19,198 bases of DNA from a virus (IMGVR_UViG_3300046506_000279); one strand, 5' to 3'. Counted from the stretch's first letter, positions 1 through 11,400 are shown. Notes: generated by a model from the sequence alone, not told the origin. A program made the numbers and translations.

Positions 1-1
1 A

Positions 2-2400
2 GTTGCCGCCCAAGGCCTTGCCGCTGGCGGTGAAGGCGCGCTTGGCGAAGTCGCCGGCCGGGCCGGCCAGTTCGCCCAGGTCGCGCGTGTAGTTCTCCTT
101 TTTGGTCCACAGGCCGCTGCCGGGCACCAGATTGCCCATGCCCATGCGGCCGGCGAAGTCGACCGGCATGCCGGGCAGCGCCGACAGGCCGTGGGTGATG
201 AAGTCGGCGCCGCCGTCGCCCAGCACGCCGGCCAGGAATTCCTGTTTCTTGCGCCGGCTCGAGAAGTTGTAGCCGAGCCGCTGCAGCACGCCGTCGATCG
301 CGTCTTCCAAGTCTTGCTCGAACGGCAGGCCGTCGGCGCCGCCCAGCATGAACAGCACCGCCAGCATGTACAGCACGGCGCGCTGGCCGGCTTTCCGTTC
401 GGGCGAGCCGGGGCGGCCGGCAAAGGCCATCTGGCTCAGCAGTTCGAGCCAGTTCACGGAATATTGCTTGAACGTCAGAAGGAGCCCGCCCACCGGGTTG
501 CGCGCCCAGCGCGGCTTGTTGCCGGCGTTATACACGAACTGGGTGCGGTTCACCGCCTCGGTGGCGAACGCGGTCGGGTTCGGCAAGCCTTCCTCGCGCG
601 CGGTGCGGTAGGCGGCGATGAAGGTGATCTTGCGGTTGGCCAGCTCGGCCAGCGCAAACAACTTGCCCCAGCCCAGTTTGACCTTGGCCAGGGTGTTGTG
701 GGCGGCGGCGCGCGCATCGCCCACCCTGGTGCCGTCGCCGGCCAGCAAGGTGCCCTTGCCGGCGCCCTGGGCCTGCAGGAAGTGGATTTCCTGCGGCGCC
801 ACCACGGCGGCCGCGTCTTTCAGCGCTTGCGCGAGGTCGGGGTCGGCGATGTCTTTCTTGGCGGCGTCGATGGTGGCCTGCTTGATGCGGGCGAAGGCTT
901 TTTTCACCCCGCCGTACTGGGACAGGTAAGGCAGGGTGATCGCGATCGGCTGGGTCGCATTCACCATGGCCGAGGCGACCGAGCCGCCGAGGAACTGGGC
1001 GAACATCAGGCCCGACAGGAAGGTGCCGCCGCTCTGCGGGTCGCGGATGTGCTGGCGCAGTTTCACCGCCTCGTCGGCCAGCTGGCCCTGCTGCTGGGGG
1101 ATGGCCTCCACCGCCTCGTCGATCTGGCCGCTGTGCAGGTTGCTGGCGGTCAGGCGCGCGTTGCTGTAGATGAAGCTGGCCAGCACCCGGCCCGGGTCTT
1201 CCGAGAAGCCGGCCGTGCCCTTGCGGTGGATCATGCGTTTCAGCGCGCTGCGGTTGGCCTTGGTCAGGCGCAGATAGTCCTGGTAGGCGGCGTCGCTGGC
1301 GTTGGCGTCGGCCCCCAGGCCCAGCATGGTGCCGAACAGTTCCACGGTTTCCGGGGAAATGCCGGCGAACAGCTTGTACTTTTCTTCCGATACCGTGCCC
1401 TGGCGCACCGTGGCGTGTTGGTGGTCGGCCTGCATCTTGCGCGCCATCTTGGCGGCGTCCTCGCTGTCCTCGAACATGCCGAAGTACACCTGCTGCTGGT
1501 TCTCGGTCACGTACACCGTGTATTTGCCGAAGCGCATCAGGGGCGCGTAGCCGCGGTCGATCAAGGCCTGGCCCTTGTCGGCCAGGTTGCCGATCTGCTG
1601 GGCGGTGGCCAGGTGCTGGGCCGCCAGCGCCGGGTCTTGCTGGGCCAATGCCTCGTAGTGGTGGCGCAGCAGCAGCGCGGCGCTGGCCAGGTCGGGCGCG
1701 GCGGTGGCCTGTTGCGTCAGCGCGCCGCGCGCGTCCTTGCCGCCCATCTTCAGCATTTCGGAAATGGTCAGGTTGCCCACGCTCTGGGCGATGGCGGCGC
1801 GAAATTCGCGGTACAGGCCGATCTGGCCCGGGTCCAGCTGGAACAGGGCGCGCAGCTCGGCGTCGCTCCACACCACGCCCGGCTGCAGCACGTTGTGCTC
1901 GTACAGGCGGTTGATGGTCTCGGCGTACACCGGCGCGGCCTGCATCCAGGTGTCGAATTCGGCCTGGTCGATGGCGCCGCGCAGCAGCAGCGCGGCGGCC
2001 TTGTCGGCGGCGCGCATGGTGGCCGCGTCGGCCTCGAGCTCGCTCACCTTGACCGGGCGCCCGCTCTCGTCGCGCGCCCACAGCAGGGTGCCTTCGAAGA
2101 TCGGCGCGGCGATGGCCTTGGTGTCGGCTGCCGATACCGCCTGCTTGCGGTTGGCGCCGGCGATGTCGCGCAGGTGTTCCAGCTGCGGCAGCAGGCGCGG
2201 CGCCCGCTCGGCGGCGGCCACGGCCACGCGCGACACCTCGCCCAGGAAGGACTGCACGGCGCGGTACACGGCGTTGAAGGCCGGGTGGCGCCGCGCCAGG
2301 TTGTCCATGGTGCCGATGGTCTTGTGCCACCACGATACCTTGCCGGTGCGGTCGAGGAAGTCGCCGACCTGGTAGCCGGCGGCCAGTTCCACCTGCTTGG
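2..2400 (-). other. PLxRFG-family C-terminal helical region (in giant CDS)
   Basis: Motifs GKVSWWHKTIGTM, IFEGTLLWARD, RGYAPLMRFGKYTVYV, KRMIHRKGTAGFSED, NPVGGLLLTFKQYS and GGADGLPF, recognised as typical of PLxRFG proteins. Hydrophobic segments LMFAQFLGGSVASAMV and AVLYMLAVLFMLGG. Confidence 0.85.
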
Positions 2401-5400
2401 CGTTGTTGTAGGCGTTGGACAGGACGGTGCCGAGGTCTTGGCGCAGGTTGCCCATCAGGTCGCTTGCGCCGGGCTCGCCCGGCGGGCGTGTGACCGCCTC
2501 CTGGGCCACGCCACCACCACCGCCACCTGGCTTGCCGTTGACAATCTTGATCTGGTCGGGGCGGAACACGGCGTAGGTGATCTGGCTATGGCTGCCGCCG
2601 CGCGGCTCCTTCATCTTCAGGCCGTCGTAGCCGGCGTCCACCAGTGCCGTCTGGAAGTCGCCCTGGTCGTAGCGGAACAAATGCCATGCGGCGATGTCCT
2701 GGAACCATGGGGTCAGGTCGAATTGCTTGATCACCCGTGCCGGCAGCGTCACGCCATGGTCGGCAAAGAACTGTTTCCATCCGGCCGGGTTGCGATACGC
2801 CTTGTGCGACAGGTCGAGCGGGTGCGCCAGCGCCAGGTAGGCGGTGGTGTACTTGATGTCGCGCGCGGTCTTGGCCTCATCCCCCGGCGCGATCATGCCG
2901 ACATAGTGTTCCTGCTTGTGGAAGCGCTTGATCCACTCCTTGCTTTCGGCGAAGTAGAAATACGGGTGGGTGCCGCCATTGCCTTTGTACTCGAACTGGG
3001 TGATCGCGTCCCGGCCGCCGTGGTAGACCGGCAGCGGCGCGCCGGTGGCCGGGTCGACCACCGTCGAGGCGCCGAACCAGTCCTTGAATGCTTGGGTGTT
3101 GGTCTCCATGGGCGCCATGTTAACCTCCGGCCCCCGCTGTGCAGCACGGCTGCTGTTGACGCCCAGCAGGCTCGGGTTGGCCGGATCGAAATTACCGTTG
3201 TTGCCGGTGGCGCTCTTGATCTGCCCGGCGTCGAAGGCGATGTAGACGTCGCTGTCGATCGGGCCGTAGCTGCCGTCTTCGCGCGTCAGCTGCTCGCGCC
3301 AGTTGCGCACCAGCATGCCGTCATGGCCGGCCTGCCTGGCGCTGCGCATCGCCTCGGCCAGCGATTGGCCGTGCGGGGCGGCGGCGTCGTAGCGGGCCGG
3401 GTTGCTGATGTGCAGGTACACCGGCAGCACGTTGCCGCCGTTCAGCGCGCCGTGCTGGCCGGCATACACGCCGGCAAACTCGGGGTTGGCGGCGAAGAAG
3501 AAATCGCCTGCGGTCGGCGTGAAGCCGAGCCGGTGCAGCATGTGCTGCAGCGGCGTGCGGGTGCGACCCTTGTCGTCGCGGAAGGCGCTCACGTCGTGCA
3601 TGGTGCCGTGGTACACCACGCGCGGCGTGCCGTCCGGGTTGACCACCTTCGATAGCCCGGCCGCGTTTGCTTGCAGCAGGAACTGGCGCGTCATATCATT
3701 CAAGGTGGGTGCTGTCGGCAAGGTGTTCCGGATAGGGCCGGGAGCGCTGTTCCCGCCCTGCGGACCCGTTGAATTCGTTGAATAACCGGCAGCATCCGCC
3801 CCTTGGGCCGGGCCTGCTTGTGGCGCAGCGCGGGGCGTCCTATCATTCAATGGCGGTGCCGCAGGTGCGGGATTCCCGTTAGGGTCGGTTGTTTGGCCCT
3901 CTGGACCCGACTGTGATGAAAGCCTGTCGGCATCCGCCACCGGCATCAAGTCCATCAACTCATGGTCGTAGAACAGGCGGCCATTGGCGTCCTCGCGCAC
4001 GCCGGCGGTCACGATGAAGTCGTTGCCGGCGATCCGTACCTTGGCGGCGAATGCCAGCATGCGCTGGGCCGCGTTCTTGACGTTGGTGGCGTCGGCCACC
4101 AGCACCCCATGCTCGAGCAGGGCCGGCAAGGCCGCCAGTGCGCGGATCTTGTCGATGCCACCGCCGTGCTGCAGGGTTTCCTTGATGCCGTGCGCGCGCA
4201 CTTCGATGGCCTGGCCGGTGGCCTGGTTGGTGTAGCCGCCCACCAGCTGCGCCTGGCCCCAGGCGCGCGCTTGCTTGCGCATCGCCTGCAGCGCGGCGTG
4301 CTCGTTGCTGCGGTTGGCGCTGATTTCATCGCCCTGCAGGGTCGCGACCGGGGCGCCTTGGGTCAGCCGGGTCGCCTGCGCGGCCTGCTGCCAGTCGCCG
4401 AACCAGCGCTTGAAGGCGTGGGTGGCGATCTGCGTCAGGTTGCCGTGCAGGCTTGCATCGGTGCTGCTGCTGCCGTTGTTCTCGGCCATCAGGTCGCGCC
4501 CCACGGCCAGCACTTGGCTCAGCAGATCGTGCTGGGCCTTCCCCATCCCGAGCACGGCGCGCACGATGTCCACAAACCGGTCCCACAGGCTGCGCGGGCC
4601 GCTCTGCACTTGCTGCAGGGCGTGCTGGAAGGCGGGGTTGGCGTGGGCCTCGGCCACGAATTCGTCGAGGTTGCGCATGCCGTAGTGGCTGGCCAGTTGC
4701 CCGCTGCGCTTGGCGTCGGCGTACAGGGCTTTCATCTGCATGGCCGCTTTTCCACCTTTGCGCAGGGCGCTGGCGGTGGCGGCGTGGACGAATTCGTGCA
4801 GCAGGTTGGTGGCGGCGCCGTTGGCTTCGAACAGCACCACATGGTTGCTGGTGGGTGCATAGCCGGCGCCGTGGCCTTGGGCCGGCATGCCGGTGGCAAA
4901 AGTGTAGTCGGCGGCATTGCCGGTGCCCACCGTCGGGTTCACCTGGTTGGCCAGCAGCTGTTCGGCCAGGGCGCGCTGGAACGGGGTGGCGCTGGTGGCG
5001 GCGATCTGGTGCAGCAGGTCGGTGGCGCTCGCGCCGCTGTCGATCGCGTGGTACAGGGTCTGGTCGGTGGCGCTGGCGGTGCTGGTCGCGGCCTGGTTGA
5101 ACAGCGGCAGGCCGGCGGTGGCCTTGGTGCGCAGGGTGTCGGTCAGGGTGAAGCCGGGCTGGTCCAGCGTGGCCGTGTCCGGTGCCGCCATCCAGGCGTC
5201 GAAGTTGGCGTATTCGGTCGGGCGTCCCTTGGGTTGGGCGATACCAACCGCTTCGACCTTGCCGCCGCCAAGTTTCTTGAGCACGGCGTTGACGTTCTGC
5301 GGCACGATCTGGTCGTAGAAGGCTTTCATGCCGTCGCCGCCCACTTTCAGGCCGTCGCCTGACAACTCGCCGGTCGGCTGCGCCATGATCTTTTCGGCCA

Positions 5401-8400
5401 GTTCCTTGCCGATCACGTCGTCGAGTGATTTGCCGGCCACATCGCCCAGCGGGCCGCTGCCGCGCAGCACTTCGCCAGTCGCGTTGTCGACATACAGGGT
5501 TTGGGCGCCCTGCGCAGTCAACTCGATCCGGACGCGGGTCGTATCCTTGGCGGCGGCGGCAATGTCCCATTCAATCGCGTTGACGGATTTCGACAGGTCG
5601 TAACGCTCGGCGCTTTGCTGGCCGTTGACGAACGCCACCTTGTCGTAGCCGTGGGCGGCGGCGTAGGTGATCACGCGCTTGATCGCCAGTTGCAGCCAGC
5701 CTTCGGTGCTGGTCACGAACGGGGCCGGCACCAGGCCTTGGCTGGCGCGCTGGGTATGGCGTTCGCTCAGGTCGCGGAAGCGGTTGATGGCGTCACGTTG
5801 GTCGGCGGTGTCGACTTCCCAGCGGTCCTGCCAGTCGCCATGGCTGCGCACCGCGGCCATGGCCTGGCCTAGGCTATCGAAGCCCAGCAGGTCGTTGGCC
5901 TCAAGCGCGGCGCGGGCGGCGCTGCCGGCGGCTTCCAGTTCGGCCTGGTGGTTGACGCCGCTGGCGTCGAAGCCCAGTTTCTTGCCCTGCTGTGCCCAGT
6001 CGGACTGCATTTCCTCGATGAACAGCACGCGGTGGCCGTCGGCGTCCACGCGGTCGTTCATGCGGATGTGGGCGACGATGTTCGGTTCGGCCCAGTGGCC
6101 CGACTGGTAATTGGCGGTGTGCTTGCCCGTCGCCTTGGCGATGTCGTCGCTGTCCAGTTCCATGGCGTCGATCATGGCCAGCAGGTCGGCGCGGCTGGCA
6201 CCGTCGGTGTCGGCGTCGTCATCGTTGCGCTCGACCAGCGTGCGCAGCTGGGCGTCGCTCAGCCCCTGCACGGTCGCGGGGCCGTCCATCGGCAGGGTCA
6301 GCAGCAGTTCGCGGTAGTGCGCGCCGCCGGGCAGGGTGTAGCGGCCGTACTTGGTGGCGCCGTCATTCCCTTCCTGCGCGCCATAGGCGTCGACCTCGCG
6401 CAGCGCGGCGATGATCTCGGCCCGGCCCTGGTCGTCGAACGGTTCATCGCCGGTGATCCGCTCATATTCCGTGCGCAACTGGGCGTCGGTCATCGCCTCG
6501 TAATTGACCGGCGGCGTACCTTTTTCCACTTCCTGCACCCGCACCCCGTTCTGGTCGAGGTAGGCGGCCAGGTCATCGCGGGTCAGCTTGTCCTTGGCGC
6601 GCAGGGCCAGGTAGTCGAGGATCCCGCTCCAGTCCAGTTCGTCTTTCTTGATGCCCAGCTTGGCGGCGTTGGCGCTCAGCCAGCTGGCCCACTGGTCGGC
6701 CGGCATGGTCGCTTGCTTGGCGCTGCCGATCTGGCGCGCCAGTTCGGAGTAGTAGCCGGGGGCGGCGCGCAGGTTGCCCATCAGGGTGCCGGCATTGGCT
6801 GCCAAGGCGTCCTTGATCCGCGCGAAGTCGAGCATGTGCAGATCGCTATTGCTGAGCACGAAGGCGTTGCCGTCGCGCGCGAACGGCACGCCGGCCTGTT
6901 GCAGCCGTTCATACAGGCGCGTGCTGTCGTCGGACAAGGTGCTTTCGCTGCGGAATGACGCCTCCGGGAAGCGGGCGGCGAATTCATCCAGACCGGTCAG
7001 GAACAGCGCCGTGGCGATTCCCTTGCCACGCGGTCGCGCATCGTCGTCGCCGCGCACTACCTCCATGTCGTTGGTGATCTCGTCATCGACATGGGCGAAG
7101 CCCACGCTGATTTGGGTGGTGCCGTCGCGCCAGATGTACTGCGCTGCGTCGTGCCCGCGTTCCTGTTTGGTGAAGCCTGCGCGCAGGTTGCCCATCAGGG
7201 GCTCGCTGTCGCTGGCGTCTTCTGCCGTGCTCAGGTTGGTGATGGTGCCTTCGTGCGAATACACCTGGCGGGTGTTGCCGTCATCTTGGCGCAGCGTGAT
7301 GCGCAGGTTCCCGGCCTGCATGGTGTCGATCTGTTCGACCGTGCCCTCGATCGCAGCGCGGCCGGTGTCGGTCGGTGCGAAGCGGATGCGCTCGTCCACG
7401 GCCACCGGCGGTGGGGTGGGTTCGGCGGCGGTGGCGACGGTCGGCACCAGCCCGTCCAGAATCTCCTGGGCGGCGCGCACCGCGTTGTCGGTCAGTTGCC
7501 GCTGCCAAGCGCCGGTCGAGGGCGCCCATTTGAAGCCGGCGCTTTTCAGTTGCGCGCGGATTTCGGCGGCGGGCTTGCCGTCGAAGAATACCTGCAGGCG
7601 GTTGAGGGCGGCATTGCGCACCAGGCGCGGGCCGGTGGCTTCCACCGCGTCGCCGTTTTCCTTGGCGGCGCTGATGGCGGCCTGGGCGTCGGCGTCGTCG
7701 GCGTGGGCCTCGGCATCGGCGATGCGGCGGGTGATTTCCTCGACCCGGTCGCGCAGGCGGCGGATTTCGGCGTTGTTGTTTTGCAACTGGTAGGCGGGGA
7801 TGCCGGTGCGGCCGGCGAAGTCGGGCTTTTTCAGTGCGGCGATCTGGTCCGGCTGGTAGCCCAGCGCGGCCAGTTGCGCGTCGTCGTCCTTGCGCAGGGC
7901 GGCGTTGGTGGCCTTGTACAGTTCCTGGGTCTGCTCGCGGCCGGCCAGCTTGGCCTGGGCGTTCTTCAGTTCGGAGGCGAGCGACTGGTCGACGGCGCCG
8001 CGCAATACCCGGGTCAGGCGCTTGGCGGCCTTGTCCAGGTATTCGTTCGCTTCTTCGGCGCGGCGGTCGGCGCTCTCGCCTTTCTTGCGGTTCGATTCCA
8101 CCGGGAAGCGGGCCGGGCCGGTGATCATGCTGCTCATCACGCGGCTATGGGCGGCCAGGTAGCTGTTGGTCAGGGCCGCGTAGTGGGCGGCGGCGCTGTT
8201 GAATTCGGCCACGAAGTCGGCCTGGCGGTCTGCGGGGGCGGCGTGGTAGGCGCGCTCGAAGCGCTGCCACAATGCCATCACGTCGCGGAAGTAGCTGCGC
8301 CGCACCGAGGCGCCGCGCGCTTCCGGGCTGTGCGAGGTGCCGGCAAAGGCGCGCACGGCGGCGCCCAGCGGGATCGCACTTTCCGAAATATGCACCGGCA

Positions 8401-11400
8401 GGCTGGCGGCATAGTCGTGCATGCCGCTGTACTGGCCGTCATGGATGGCTTCGGCCAGCGGGTCGCGCAGCATGCTGCCGCGCGATTGGTCGTGCTCGTT
8501 CCAGCGCTTGCCGGTCTGTTCCTGCACGGCCGCCAGCGCGGCATCGCGCACATCCTCGTACTTGGCGAAGGGCTGGGCCTTGGCGATGGTGCGCACGATG
8601 GCGATAGGGTCGGTGGTGGCGGTTGGCTCCTGCTTCGAACGGGCGGCCACAACCGGTTTCAGGCTCGGGTAGTCCTCCAGCACGGCATCCGGTACCGGCT
8701 TGCCTTCGGCGGCGGCCATGGTGACGGCCGCTTCGTGGTGGCTGGCGGCCTGGGCGTCGAGGCGGTCAAAGTCCTTGGCGCCGCGCAGGGTCGCCAGCGG
8801 GGTCGGTTTCACGCCCAGTTGCGGGAAGTCGCGGCCGGCGCGCACGGCGTCGAGGTAGGCGGCGCGTGTCAGTTCCCAGGGTTCCTGCTCGGGCGTGGTG
8901 CCTTCCAATTCTGCTGAATTCGACGGAATAGTGGCCGCATCTTCCTTGGCCACATAGCCCTCGCGGCGCAGGTAGTCGATACCGGCGCTGGTGGCGGCTT
9001 TCTTGGCGTCGCGCAGGCCGTCGTAGCGTTCGCCGTCGTCGCCTACCTGCCACTTGCCGTTGCCAATCTTCTGCACGTTGGCAATGGTGATGCTGCCGCT
9101 GCCGTCCTGGCCGTCCTCGCTGAACATCAGGCGGTGGGTGGTCACGCCGTCGCGCTGGCCAAGGTCGCGCCAGGTCATGTGCTGCTGGGCTTGGGCGGGG
9201 GTGAGGGTGTCGGCGGCTTCGGTGGTAGCAGCGGCCGGCGCTTCGTCCTGCTGGTACTCGGCGCGCACTTCTTCCGGCACATCATCGCCGCGCGTGATCG
9301 CCTCGTTGACCAGCCGTTCGTGCTGGCCGTAGGCGTGCGAATACACGTCGTCTGCAGCCTTGGCCGGCACATTGCCGCCGCGCTTGCTGATGTAGGCGCC
9401 GGCTTGCGCTTTCGCATAGTCGTCGCGGGTCAGTTGCCACGGCTCGCGGGCATCGTTGGCGGCCGGCTGCGCCTTGATCGCTTCAGTGGCGTCCTTCAGC
9501 TGGTAAGCCTTGGTGGCGGCGTCGTGCAGCAGGTCGGCCAGCTCGAGCGGGTCGCTGGCTTCATTCATCGCCGCTTTCAGGGCGGCGTGCTGCTCGGGGG
9601 TGACGTAGCCTTCGGTGCTCAGCTGATCGAGCTCGCTCGAAGCGTCCCGGGCTTCGTCCAGCGCGGCCTTGTTCATGGCGCGGGCGGTGTCGGCCCAGCG
9701 TTCGTCGGCGCGCTTGGCGACCAGCAGCTGTTCGAAGCTGCCTTCCGTGTTGCGTTCGGCGTCCACGCGGGCGGCGTCGGCCAACAGGCGGCGCGCCACT
9801 TCGTGGTGGAACGGCGCCATGTCCTGCTTGCTCATGCCGCGGTAGGCGGCAAACGCTGGGTCGTTGTAGACCGCGTCTTCGATCGCGCGGCGGGCGCTGT
9901 CGGCGCGCTGGTAGTCGCCGTAGGCGCGGCGCTGTTCGGCTTCAGCCTGGTCGCGCGCGTAGTAGGCTTGCAGTTCGGCGTCGGATTCGGTCCAGACTTG
10001 GCGCTCGCCATCCCAGAAGCCGGGGCGGGAAGCCAGGAAGGCGGCCGGTACGCCGGTGTCTTTCGCCTTGGCGGCCACGTCTTCCGGGGATGGGTAGGCC
10101 GGGTCGAGGCGGCGCATTTCGGCCGCTTCGGGCTCGCTCAGGCCGTGGTCGCGCAGCTTGGCGCGCAGGGCGTCGAAGCGGGCGGTGTTTTGGGCGGCAG
10201 TTGGCTTGGCCGGGGCGGCGGCCGGCGTTGCTGCTGCCTGCTGCTCCACCATGCCGATCAGGTCGCTCATGCTCTTGACGTCGCGTACTACCGGGTGGGT
10301 GCCGCGGTAGTTGCCAGTGTCGGTCAGGTACCAGCCGTTCATGCCGCTGCGCACCTGCCACGGCTTGCCGTCCAGTTTGACGATATTCCCGTCTTCATAG
10401 GGGTTGGCGAAGTTGACCTTGAACGGGGCGCGCTGGGGGCCGGTCATGGGCTGCGGTTCGCTGGCGGCAGGCGTGGTGGTGCCTTGCTCGGCTTCCAAAC
10501 TGGCCATCGGCGCGCTCTGGGTGGTGCCGTTGTCGTACTTCACCATCGCCACATGGATCAGCGGGCCGCTGCCGATCATGCCCTCGATCACGCCGGTGTG
10601 GCCGGTTTTCGTGTTCTTGACGCGGTCGCCCACGTCGTGCGGCGCGTAGCCTTGCGTCAAGACACCGGCACGGTAATGCTTTTCCCGCATCGGCTTGAAG
10701 CCGTCGGGGATGGCCGGCGGTTCTGCGGCCTGCGGTGCGGCTTGCGGTGCCGCCTGCTCTGCGGTGTCGATGATCTGCTGCAGGGTATCGCGCAACGCCT
10801 TGGCGCGGCCCGCTTCGCTGATGCTGGGCTTGCGGTGGTTGACGGCGCGCTGGTCCCACAGGTGGTCGATGTCGCGTACCAGCATGTCGCCGATGTTGCG
10901 CGGCAGGCTGCTGCCGTGGATCAGGTCGACCAGGCCCATGCCGCGCTGGCGCAGGGCGTCGGCGTCGGCGCGGGTGTCCAGCGCTTCTTTGTCCTGGATG
11001 TCGTGCAGCAGGATGGCGGCGGTGCGGCCCACCAGGGTGCGCTCGAGGGGCTTGGGTTCGGCGGCCGGGGCGGGTGCCGGTGCGGCCGGCTTGGCCGGTG
11101 CCTTGGTCTTGGCCTCGTCGGCGTACCAGTTCTTCAGCCAGGCGATCGCAGCGTCGAACGGGATGCCGGGCGCCGAGCGCGCGCCGCCGCTGGCGGCAAC
11201 CCGGTAGGTATCCTTGGCGCGGTCGTACCAGTACAACTCGGTCCCGGTGTTGCTGCCGGGCGAATGAATGATCAGGGGGTTGCCGCTCTTGAGGGTGTCG
11301 TTGGTGCCGCGCACGGTGAAGCCGGCGGCCTCCAGCTTGCCCACCGGCGTATCGGCCCGTGCGGCACGCTCGGCCGCTTCCTGTTCGTCCAGTGCGCGGC

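Larger units (their letters stand above)
3694..3938 (+). repeat. Degenerate tandem duplication, period 147 nt (49 codons, frame-preserving)
   Basis: Units start TATCATTCAA at 3694 and 3841. 34 of the first 48 nt are identical ungapped, and both units share GCCCT, GGACCCG and GCATCCGCC further on. Confidence 0.8.
2441..7200 (-). repeat. Dispersed 'LMGNLR' domain-boundary repeat (2441-2459, 6765-6786, 7179-7200; variant LHGNL 4436-4450)
   Basis: 22-nt identity GCGCGCAGGTTGCCCATCAGGG at 6765 and 7179, and its 19-nt core at 2441. Confidence 0.8.

Noticed and set aside
2507-2530. (CCA)n run encoding GGGGGG
   Set aside because: It is a short flexible linker at a domain boundary with no further signal.
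2538-2566. Perfect TTGACA on + strand at 2538-2543
   Set aside because: There is no -10-like hexamer at 16-18 nt spacing. The word is explained by the codons for KIVN.
3905-3925. CTGTGATGAAAG resembling a hammerhead ribozyme core
   Set aside because: It lacks the required separate CUGAUGA and GAAA elements, and it is not conserved in RNA A.
3704-3938. Hairpins as intrinsic terminators, tRNAs or a CRISPR array
   Set aside because: There is no U-tract on either strand, no tRNA cloverleaf or T-loop signature, and only two degenerate units without repeat-spacer structure.
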